From NCBI GenBank assembly GCA_022340465.1, contig JAJDNW010000071.1, positions 18,606-82,605 on the forward strand: a stretch of DNA of 64,000 nt. Reading direction: 5' to 3'. Source of the stretch: Deltaproteobacteria bacterium. GTDB lineage: Bacteria; Desulfobacterota; Desulfobacteria; Desulfobacterales; B30-G6. The notes beneath the pieces are model-generated. The model worked only from the letters and a program-made list of their open reading frames with translations. It was not told the origin of the DNA and made no database searches. This document shows, one piece after another, positions 16,001 through 22,420 of this stretch. A program made the position numbers and the translations under genes. How positions within the stretch are numbered: the stretch's first letter is position 1; every line of letters starts with the position of its first letter.

Positions 16001-17410
16001 CAATTGGATGAACACGATTCGAATGTCGGTTACGAGACGCGCATCGAAGCGGCCATACGTTCTTTTAGAAACCACCATGCCGGAGGACGCAAAACGCCGG
16101 GTGCGGCAGTTTTTAACGCGCGTGTACGGACCAAAAGATCCCTGGACGGCAAGACGCTGATTATGCCCAATTGGGGCGATATTTCCCAGAGACTCGTGGT
16201 GGCAAACCTGAGGCGTGAGGGAATCGACGCACGCCTGCTGGAAGAACACCAGACAAGTATTCAAAGAAGCCTGCGCTACAACACGGGGCAATGCATCCCG
16301 CTGAACATTATCGGGCAGGAGTTTATCGATTACGTCGAACGACATGATCTCGACCCTTCGCGTTGCGCGCTCTGGATGATCCGTTCGGCCATTCCATGCA
16401 ACCTGAAGTTGTTTCCCTTTCACATCGAATATCTGTTCAAAACCTACGGCGGGGGATTCGAGCAGGCCGAGGTTTACCCCGGCACCATGTCGTTTGCAGA
16501 CATATCAAAAGGACTACCCATCGCCACTTATTTTGCCTATATGTTTGGAGGCATGGTTAAAAAATTGGGATGTGCTGTCCGCCCTTATGAGTTGAATCCG
16601 GGGGAAACCGACGCCGTCATCGAAGAGAGTTTGTGCATCCTGGAAGACGCTTTTCTGGGCAACCGGAGGAAGGAATCCGCCGTGATCCAGGTGGTGGACA
16701 TGTTCCGGAGCATCGCACGGGGCGATCGCGCCGCCGTTGACTGTACCCGTCCCAAGGTCGCAATTTTCGGTGACCTCTATGCGCGTGACAACGAGCTGTT
16801 CAATCAAGGGTTGGTCCATCAGATCGAAGGCTTGGGGGGGGAGGTAGTGACGACGCCTTACAGTTCCCTGGTGAAAATGATTGCCAAACCCTACCTGCGT
16901 AAATGGTTTGTCGAGGGGAATTACCTGGAGGTACTCTCTTCCAAGGCGGTGATCACGGCGGCCACCCACATGGAAAAAAAGTACTACAAACATTTTCAGA
17001 AAGTGCTGCAGGAAACCGAGCCGGCCTACGACGATGATCCCGCACGCATTCTGGCGCAGTACAACATCCGCATCGAGAATACGGGCGAGTCCATGGAAAA
17101 TATTCTGAAGATTCACTACGTGCTCAAGCAACACCCCGACGTGGCCCTGTTTGTCCAGGCCAGTCCGGCATTCTGCTGCCCATCTCTGGTCACGGAGGCC
17201 ATGGCCAAGGATATTGAAAGGCAAACAGGGGTGCCGGTTGTTTCCATTACCTATGACGGGACAGGCGGCGAAAAGAACGAGCCCATTATTCCGTACCTCA
17301 ACTATCTGAAAAAAGCCGCAGCTTCAGCAGAAAAAATGAAAACGTGCAGGCGCGCGGAGGAAAAAAATTCCCTCTCAGCCGGCGCTGCGGTCGATTTCGC
17401 CGAAGGGTGA
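13076..17410 (+). CDS. Fused BCR/HAD-superfamily enzyme: two BadF/BcrA/HgdC-type activase ATPase modules plus DUF2229/dehydratase-like modules (PlsA-PlsR-like candidate ether-lipid synthase)
   Basis: Two actin-fold ATPase modules begin HILGIDIGSVAIAVA and AYLGIDIGSTSTKAVIL. Each carries a CAAGTGSF motif (cluster-bridging Cys context of HgdC-type activators). Then come the Cys cluster CELCTNHCKI and about 800 aa resembling 'CoA enzyme activase' / 2-hydroxyacyl-CoA dehydratase component domains. Confidence 0.75.
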   Translation: MSEHLHILGIDIGSVAIAVAAVTPLKRIERTAYGFHHGNIRETLASLLADFDLSLVRWVAATTSSPSSLKTTCRYDNRIATITAAQALHKKVGSILIVGGEKFGLIRFDENGHYTGYKANTSCAAGTGSFLDQQAERLGLEDVGELGALAFANTGSVPKIASRCAVFAKTDLVHAQQEGYGLSEICDGLCFGLARNIVDTLFVGQEPIGPVIFSGGVSRNRAVVRHVRHLVQMEVIPEVTYLGAVGAAFSLAVDGCRFTKIELNSAMDLVAEGGQSKKYYFDPLELKLSDYPDFDSLERYDYHPSGSSFAQDVEVDVYRDFLPFADQGDRCKAYLGIDIGSTSTKAVILSPSKSVLAGFYTRTGGRPVVAVQNLLAAIEEVVIGKGVDLHISGAGTTGSGRKFVGGIVGADLIVDEITAHARAAVEINPEVDTILEIGGQDSKFTTLKDGSVTFSIMNRVCAAGTGSFIEEQAQKLDCPLTSYAERTEGQRSPITSDRCTVFMERDVNYYLSEGYTKNEMLASVLHAIRENYLTKVAVESSIGQTILFQGATAKNRALVAAFEQRLEKPIHVSRYCHLAGAMGVALKLADRSYEGSEFKGLDLHRKTIPIRSEVCELCTNHCKITAAHIDGRTAAYGFLCGRDYDTRKFVDNNTSGFDLLTARKKVLRLPEQAKPDPGLKRETVTVGLPAVLHMADDMAFWKYFFGRLGIDTITSETYAHGVKEGKHIAGAEFCAPMAAMHGHVSYLRERADRVFLPFYLDHHPPRDGNRRQYCYYTQFAPSLASFAKGSVADRTDQWLLTPLIRYLYNRFHARVQLYRMLKSFARERIGFARVSAAYEEALQFKKQAQEALRRLYRDETREKGRLHVVLLGRPYTVLQKCMNKGIPNILASMGIKTFYQDMLTVTEETKTLIAPLLKELHWHYAVEVVKAAACVAASPDAYPVLVTSFKCTPDAFVVEYFKQIMERAEKPYLVLQLDEHDSNVGYETRIEAAIRSFRNHHAGGRKTPGAAVFNARVRTKRSLDGKTLIMPNWGDISQRLVVANLRREGIDARLLEEHQTSIQRSLRYNTGQCIPLNIIGQEFIDYVERHDLDPSRCALWMIRSAIPCNLKLFPFHIEYLFKTYGGGFEQAEVYPGTMSFADISKGLPIATYFAYMFGGMVKKLGCAVRPYELNPGETDAVIEESLCILEDAFLGNRRKESAVIQVVDMFRSIARGDRAAVDCTRPKVAIFGDLYARDNELFNQGLVHQIEGLGGEVVTTPYSSLVKMIAKPYLRKWFVEGNYLEVLSSKAVITAATHMEKKYYKHFQKVLQETEPAYDDDPARILAQYNIRIENTGESMENILKIHYVLKQHPDVALFVQASPAFCCPSLVTEAMAKDIERQTGVPVVSITYDGTGGEKNEPIIPYLNYLKKAAASAEKMKTCRRAEEKNSLSAGAAVDFAEG

Positions 17411-17491
17411 ACCGCTTCAGCGGGCGCATGCCCCTTACGCCTGCTCAAGGGGTCGGCAGGTGAATGTCGCGCCATGCAAAAACTCCGGTGC

Positions 17492-17518
17492 TTGACACAA
17501 GCGGATCATAGATATAAT
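17492..17518 (+). promoter_or_regulatory. Candidate sigma70 promoter of the HU gene
   Basis: Consensus TTGACA (17492-17497) and consensus TATAAT (17513-17518), but only a 15-nt spacer. It lies about 70 nt upstream of ATG at 17587. Confidence 0.4.
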
Positions 17519-17586
17519 GTGATATGACGATGGCCATGAACCGGGCGTAATTCAATGTTCACCTTTAACCAGAAGAAGGAGGTTTT

Positions 17587-17850
17587 ATGACAAAAGCGGA
17601 AATGATCGAAAAGATTGCAAAGGATGCAGGGGTCTCAAAGGCGGCGGCGGCCAAGGCATACGATTCATTCCTTGACGGCATCAAGGGGGGGCTCAAGACA
17701 CGCGGCAGCAAGGTAACGATTGTAGGTTTTGGAACGTTCAAAAAGATTTATCGAAAAACCCGCAAGGGCCGCAATCCTCAGACAGGTGAACAGATCAAAA
17801 TCAAGGGCAGAAATGCGATAACATTCAAGGCCAGCAAAAATTTAGTTTAG
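17587..17850 (+). CDS. hup: HU/IHF-family nucleoid-associated DNA-binding protein
   Basis: MTKAEMIEKIAKDAGVSKAAAAKAYDSFLDGI...GFGTFKKIYRKTRKGRNPQTGEQIKIKGRNAITFKASK is a canonical HU fold signature. SD GGAGG is present. Confidence 0.9.
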   Translation: MTKAEMIEKIAKDAGVSKAAAAKAYDSFLDGIKGGLKTRGSKVTIVGFGTFKKIYRKTRKGRNPQTGEQIKIKGRNAITFKASKNLV

Positions 17851-17870
17851 CATTCCCGTAAAAGACAATT

Positions 17871-17917
17871 AAAGGGCAGGGCGAATCTGTGTTGACATCG
17901 GCCCTGCCCTTTTTTAT
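17871..17917 (+). terminator. Intrinsic terminator after the HU gene
   Basis: AAAGGGCAGGGC (17871-17882) pairs with GCCCTGCCCTTT (17901-17912), followed by a T-run. Confidence 0.8.
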
Positions 17918-18074
17918 TCCAGTATTTAAGACTTGGTCCTGCGGGTCAGGTTAGAGCCAGAAATTAGGCTTGGCCATAAACACATACGCTGGAATACTGG
18001 AGTGTTGACGTATTGGAATATTGGTTTCTATGGCAGTCGTGCTATGGCCTTAAAAAAAAACATCCGCTACAAAA

Positions 18075-18103
18075 TTGATAAAAATGTTGTAATCGTTTAT
18101 ACA
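18075..18103 (+). promoter_or_regulatory. Candidate sigma70 promoter upstream of pyrD
   Basis: TTGATA (18075-18080), a 17-nt spacer, then TATACA (18098-18103). It lies about 110 nt upstream of ATG at 18215. Confidence 0.4.
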
Positions 18104-18158
18104 CTTGCGGCAGGGATGTGAAAACCAGTCGCCGTAAAAGACAGTTACCTAAACCTAG

Positions 18159-18177
18159 GTTGAGCGTTTCAAATTTT
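18159..18177 (+). repeat. Short intergenic box GTTGAGCGTTTCAAATTTT (copy 2)
   Basis: Identical 19-mer to 7013-7031. It ends 37 nt upstream of the pyrD ATG. Confidence 0.7.
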
Positions 18178-18214
18178 GGAGTCGTCTTTTGAATTTGCCT
18201 GAAAAGGACCAGTC

Positions 18215-19141
18215 ATGAAGATCGCGCCGGATGCCATGCAGGTGGACATTGGCGGCGTCCTGCTGAACAATCCGGTGATGACGGCCTCCGGCACATTCGG
18301 CTATGCCGGGGAATTCGCTGATCTTGTGGACCTGGACCGTTTGGGCGGCATCATCGTCAAAGGGCTGTCCCTCGAGCCTTCCAGAGGAAACCCGCCGCCG
18401 CGCATCGTCGAAACCACCGGTGGAATGCTGAATGCCATTGGCCTGGAGAATGTGGGCGTGCAGGCTTTCATTGCCGAAAAACTGCCGCTTCTCAGGAAGC
18501 TGCCGGTGCCGGTATTCGCCAACATCTACGGGACGTCCGTGGAAGCGTATGCGGAACTGGCGCTCCGGTTGGAAAGCGCAGAAGGTGTCGCCGGTGTCGA
18601 GATCAATATTTCCTGTCCGAACGTCAAAGCCGGGGGCATCGCCTTCGGTTCCGACAGCCGGTCGGCTCATCGCGTGGTTCGGGCGGTCAGGGATAACACG
18701 AAACGCCACGTGATGGTGAAATTGTCGCCCAATGTCACCGACATCGTCGCAATCGCCCGCAGTGTCGAGTCGGCGGGCGCCGATTCGATTTCGTTGATCA
18801 ACACCATTACGGGGATGGCCGTTGACGCCTGTACGAGACGGCCGGTGCTGGCCAATATCACCGGCGGACTTTCCGGCCCGGCCATCAAACCCGTCGCCCT
18901 CAGGATGGTGTGGCAGGTGGCCGGCCAGGTGGGCATCCCGGTCATCGGCGTGGGCGGCATCATGAATGCCCGGGACGCCGTGGAGTTTTTAATTGCCGGA
19001 GCCAGCGCCGTGCAGGTGGGCACGGCCAATTTCATCAATCCACGGGCTACCCAGGACATTGTCGAAGGTCTGGAAGATTTCCTGCAGGAAAACGGCATCG
19101 GCAGGATTGTGGATCTGATCGGGTCCCTTAGAATCGACTGA
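18215..19141 (+). CDS. pyrD: Dihydroorotate dehydrogenase, class 1 catalytic subunit
   Basis: Contains [39 protein letters not shown] (class-1 catalytic Cys context) and [12 protein letters not shown]. Confidence 0.9.
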   Translation: MKIAPDAMQVDIGGVLLNNPVMTASGTFGYAGEFADLVDLDRLGGIIVKGLSLEPSRGNPPPRIVETTGGMLNAIGLENVGVQAFIAEKLPLLRKLPVPVFANIYGTSVEAYAELALRLESAEGVAGVEINISCPNVKAGGIAFGSDSRSAHRVVRAVRDNTKRHVMVKLSPNVTDIVAIARSVESAGADSISLINTITGMAVDACTRRPVLANITGGLSGPAIKPVALRMVWQVAGQVGIPVIGVGGIMNARDAVEFLIAGASAVQVGTANFINPRATQDIVEGLEDFLQENGIGRIVDLIGSLRID

Positions 19142-19324
19142 AATACAAAGCTGCGTTGAGATCAGGACAGGTATATGTCAACAGCTCTCGATTAGCAGGC
19201 GTATTTGCAATAGCGATCCTTATGGAATCATTAAAAATCGAAATAGCGGATTGCCCACGAAAGATTGGGCTCGGAGTAAACCGCAACGTGTCAGCTAACC
19301 TATCGTAGGAGAAAGGAAAATCCC

Positions 19325-19765
19325 ATGAAGAAGATGATCTTTGTTGTTGCCTGCACCCTGTTTTTGTTGACTGGATATGCAGTGGCGGAAGAGGGCGACG
19401 CTATCCTGGGCCACTGGTATACCGACCCCGAAAAAAAGGACGCCGTCGTGGAGATCTATAAGGACAAAGACGTCTACAGCGGCAAAATCGTGTGGCTTAA
19501 AAATCCGAAAAATGACGACGGCACCGTCAAGGTCGACAAGGAAAACCCGGATGAGGCCAGGCGCAGCGATCCCCTCGTGGGCCTGAATCTGGTGAAAGGC
19601 TTTACCTACAAGGGGTACAGCAAGTGGGCGGGGGGAACCATCTATGATCCCAACAACGGCAAGACCTACAAGTGCAAAATGAAGCTGAAAGACGACGAAC
19701 TCAAGGTCAGGGGATACATCGGCGTATCGCTGCTGGGGCGAACCACGATCTGGGTGCGGAAGTGA
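19325..19765 (+). CDS. Secreted DUF2147-like protein
   Basis: Contains a signal peptide, GHWYT...VEIYKDKDVYSGKIVWLK...GGTIYDPNNGKTYKCKMKLKDDELKVRGYIGVSLLGRTTIW. Confidence 0.7.
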   Translation: MKKMIFVVACTLFLLTGYAVAEEGDAILGHWYTDPEKKDAVVEIYKDKDVYSGKIVWLKNPKNDDGTVKVDKENPDEARRSDPLVGLNLVKGFTYKGYSKWAGGTIYDPNNGKTYKCKMKLKDDELKVRGYIGVSLLGRTTIWVRK

Positions 19766-19780
19766 CGCGGATGACCTATC

Positions 19781-19954
19781 GGTATTATTTTTCGGCAATC
19801 GTTGTGCCTTATTTCGGGTTATAGACCCGAAAAAAATAAAACCAAACACGAAAGCACGAAAGCACGAAAATTTTCATGGTCTTTTTCGTGTTTTTGGGCT
19901 TTCGTGTTTTCGTGATGGCTGAGCTTTATCTTTTCCGGTTTATCCGGGTTGGGC
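19781..19954 (+). repeat. Structured intergenic repeat element, copy A (CACGAAAG-hairpin family)
   Basis: The core 19826-19954 is highly similar by eye (only scattered substitutions and one indel) to 47524-47652. It contains three tandem CACGAAAG units facing their imperfect reverse complement, giving a long hairpin with loop TTTTCATGGTC. Its left module 19781-19828 recurs inverted at 47435-47482. Confidence 0.85.
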
Positions 19955-20464
19955 AGGAGAAAGGAAAACTGCCCGCAGGCGTTGCAGCCAGGCGCGCGAT
20001 TTTATGAGTAGCAGGAACCTGGCCAGGACGTTGAAGGCCGCTTTCACATCCTCGATCTCTTGTTTCATAGCCGTGGCATCGCTGCAGAAGGTGCAGATGC
20101 ACATTTCGGGCTTGGCGTTGGATGAAAAAAGACACGGACCCACGCCATTTTCAAGAAACAGGCAGTCTGCCGAATAGATGCTCTCTTTCTCGAGGCAGGC
20201 GTGCATGGTTTCCTTCAAATGCCTTTCCACGGTCAGAAGAAATACAAAGTCCTTCACACCGATAAGTTGATCCAAATGAATATTGCGGCAGCACATTCCC
20301 CCGCAGTTGAGCATGCAATGCTCTATAGCCGATGCGGCAGCGGCATTCAGCCGTTCCTCTGCATGCCGGATACGGTCACAGACGGCCTTTAGATGGCTGG
20401 ACTCTCCGGCCGACATGCTTTGTATAATTCTTTTGGCTCTGTGAAAATCGTAATGGAGACTCAA
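19940..20464 (-). CDS. Cys-rich protein, YkgJ-like putative Fe/Zn-binding (CxxCGGxCC) domain
   Basis: Contains HCMLNCGGMCCRN plus additional Cys (CLFLENGVGPCLF, CICTFC). Its start overlaps the upstream gene stop by 4 nt. Its last codons and stop lie inside repeat copy A. Confidence 0.55.
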   Translation of the reverse strand: MSLHYDFHRAKRIIQSMSAGESSHLKAVCDRIRHAEERLNAAAASAIEHCMLNCGGMCCRNIHLDQLIGVKDFVFLLTVERHLKETMHACLEKESIYSADCLFLENGVGPCLFSSNAKPEMCICTFCSDATAMKQEIEDVKAAFNVLARFLLLIKSRAWLQRLRAVFLSPAQPG

Positions 20465-20934
20465 ACCTTACCTGTATACAACCCATCATAGTCCAGGGTG
20501 CACAAGGGCGTGCCCTCGGAATGCACCCCGGCGTCGACGACTTCTCCGAAAAAGAGGGTGTGGTTGCCGGGAGTGTGGCGCGCCTTTACCTCGAGTTCGA
20601 ACCAGGCCGGGCAGTCTGTCAGAACGGGAGCTCCGGTTTTTCCATAATGCCAGGGAGTGCCCGAGAATTTTTTACCGGGGTCCGGCCCCTTGAACCGTTG
20701 CAGCATCGCCTTTTGCGAGCGGTCCAGTACGTGCAGTGCGAAGAAACCGCTTTTTTCGATCAGTCCGTGGGAATAGCGGTTGGGATGCACGGCCGCCATG
20801 ATCATGGGCGGGTCGTAAGACACCTGGGCGACCCATGAGGCGATCATGCCGTTGATGATCTCATCTACACGGGCTGTCAGCACATATATGCCGTAGGTCA
20901 TGCGACCGAACGCCTCGAGCCATCTCTTTTTCAT
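20461..20934 (-). CDS. Flavin reductase-like (FMN-binding split-barrel) protein
   Basis: YGIYVLTARVDEIINGMIASWVAQVSYDPPMIMAAVHPNRYSHGLI... is typical of the flavin reductase domain. It has 4-nt overlaps at both ends. Confidence 0.75.
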   Translation of the reverse strand: MKKRWLEAFGRMTYGIYVLTARVDEIINGMIASWVAQVSYDPPMIMAAVHPNRYSHGLIEKSGFFALHVLDRSQKAMLQRFKGPDPGKKFSGTPWHYGKTGAPVLTDCPAWFELEVKARHTPGNHTLFFGEVVDAGVHSEGTPLCTLDYDGLYTGKV

Positions 20935-22085
20935 TCTCCAACTCCTTCATGATATTTTTTTGGAACGACAGGATCGATTATTTTTACATCGATGGTGTTC
21001 TCCAGGGCTTTTGGCAGAAAAATGGATATTTCGTGGGTCAATTCGGTGAAATACCCTTTTTTTACCACAGTGAGACGGGCTTCCACTATCCCGTCTTCTG
21101 GCTTTTTGACGTGACTCACGAGGCGGTGGGAGGCCCCCGGCCAGGCAAACCCCTTGGCTTCCAATACGATTGCGGGCAGGCGGTTGTCGGTGAAGCGGAC
21201 ATCGACTTTTTCCGGGTGAACATCGGTGCTCAGGACAATCTGTCTGACCGACGGCGGCAGAACCAGCTGTAACCGGTGGTCTTCATAAAACGGTTGGTGC
21301 AGTAAAAATCCCACCGTCAGCAATATGGCTGCCGCAATCGCTACGGCCGGCAGCCACTTCCCCGCGCGTCCGGCACGACGACGCGGCCGCAGTGCCGCAT
21401 GGGCGTCGGGCATCGGGATGAACGTGTCCAGCAGCAGGATCACACCGGCAACTACCGTGAATGACCAGAGGACATCGGTCGGGAAATGGGCCCCCTGAAC
21501 AACACGGGCGAAGCCCAGTGCCGTTCCCATCAGCACGCCGGCGGCCGTTCCGGTGACGGCTAATTTGGGATACTGCCTGCGCAGCACGAGAAGGGAGCAG
21601 AAGATGAATCCCATCGAGCAGTGGCCGCAGGGAAAGGATTCGCCCTTTTGGGGGATGCCGGGCTGGTACACATGCCGGTACTCCCAGTTCCCGCCGAACG
21701 TATCGACGTGCCTTGGACGCGGCCTTCCCCAGTAGTTTTTGAGCACACCGTTGACAATGAGCCCCGGGCCGATGACGGTTGCCAAAAAAATGACCAGGCA
21801 GGCGCGACGGAGCTGACGTTTTCGGGGCTTACCCGCGACGATGAACCATGTTCCCAGGGCGGAGAAGGCCAGCAGCAGTCCGGGAATCTCACCGTATTGG
21901 TAAAGCCATTTCCACGGTATCCGGTTTTTCAGGTGCCAGCCGTTGTCGGGAGAGTAAAACACACCGGAGAGCTTCCGGTCGAGGTCCCAGTGGACGGCAA
22001 CCCAGCTCAGCAGGACGGCGATCAGCACCAGCGCCGCTAAGGCGAGCAGGTTGTTGATGATTCTGTGGCTGTTTGATGAACCCAA
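20931..22085 (-). CDS. PAP2-family membrane phosphatase with C-terminal extra domain
   Basis: The PAP2 motifs are KNYWGRPRPRH, FPCGH and ARVVQGAHFPTDV. About 130 aa of unassigned C-terminal domain follow a further TM segment. The only in-frame start near the N-terminus is TTG at 22085. Confidence 0.7.
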   Translation of the reverse strand: MGSSNSHRIINNLLALAALVLIAVLLSWVAVHWDLDRKLSGVFYSPDNGWHLKNRIPWKWLYQYGEIPGLLLAFSALGTWFIVAGKPRKRQLRRACLVIFLATVIGPGLIVNGVLKNYWGRPRPRHVDTFGGNWEYRHVYQPGIPQKGESFPCGHCSMGFIFCSLLVLRRQYPKLAVTGTAAGVLMGTALGFARVVQGAHFPTDVLWSFTVVAGVILLLDTFIPMPDAHAALRPRRRAGRAGKWLPAVAIAAAILLTVGFLLHQPFYEDHRLQLVLPPSVRQIVLSTDVHPEKVDVRFTDNRLPAIVLEAKGFAWPGASHRLVSHVKKPEDGIVEARLTVVKKGYFTELTHEISIFLPKALENTIDVKIIDPVVPKKYHEGVGE

Positions 22086-22420
22086 GGCTTGACCCTAATC
22101 GCGCTCACATTCCCCGCGACCTGTCGCGCGCCAAGCAGCATTCGTCCTGCGGGGCTAAGGGAAAATGCACGCGAATCAAAAGAATGTCCAGTCGGTGAAA
22201 ATTCCCCGCCGCCCCTCCAGGTCAGGTGGCATCCTTTCCTGTAAGAGGCAGCGGGGGGCTCTAATCCCTGCCAATATAGAATGGTTGCCAGAAAAATGTT
22301 CTGAAAATATCGGGGACGGCTTCTATTTCAAGTTTCAATCGGAACATACCTATGGCAATGGGTATAACATATTCAAATGAAGCCACCGTATGGGTTTTGC
22401 CCCGGCTTGTCAATGCTCCT

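Noticed and set aside
16834-16841. G8 homopolymer tracts inside coding regions (16834-16841 in the 1444-aa gene and 42804-42811 in murJ) as possible phase-variation switches.
   Set aside because: Both are in frame and encode Gly-Gly within conserved-looking segments. murJ is normally essential, and tracts of 8 are short for efficient slippage. They are noted only as potential sequencing-error hotspots.
19847-19919. The tandem CACGAAAG units looked superficially like a tiny CRISPR-like or satellite array.
   Set aside because: There are only three 8-nt units facing their own reverse complement. That is a hairpin arm, not repeat-spacer architecture. There are no unique spacers and no cas genes in the window.
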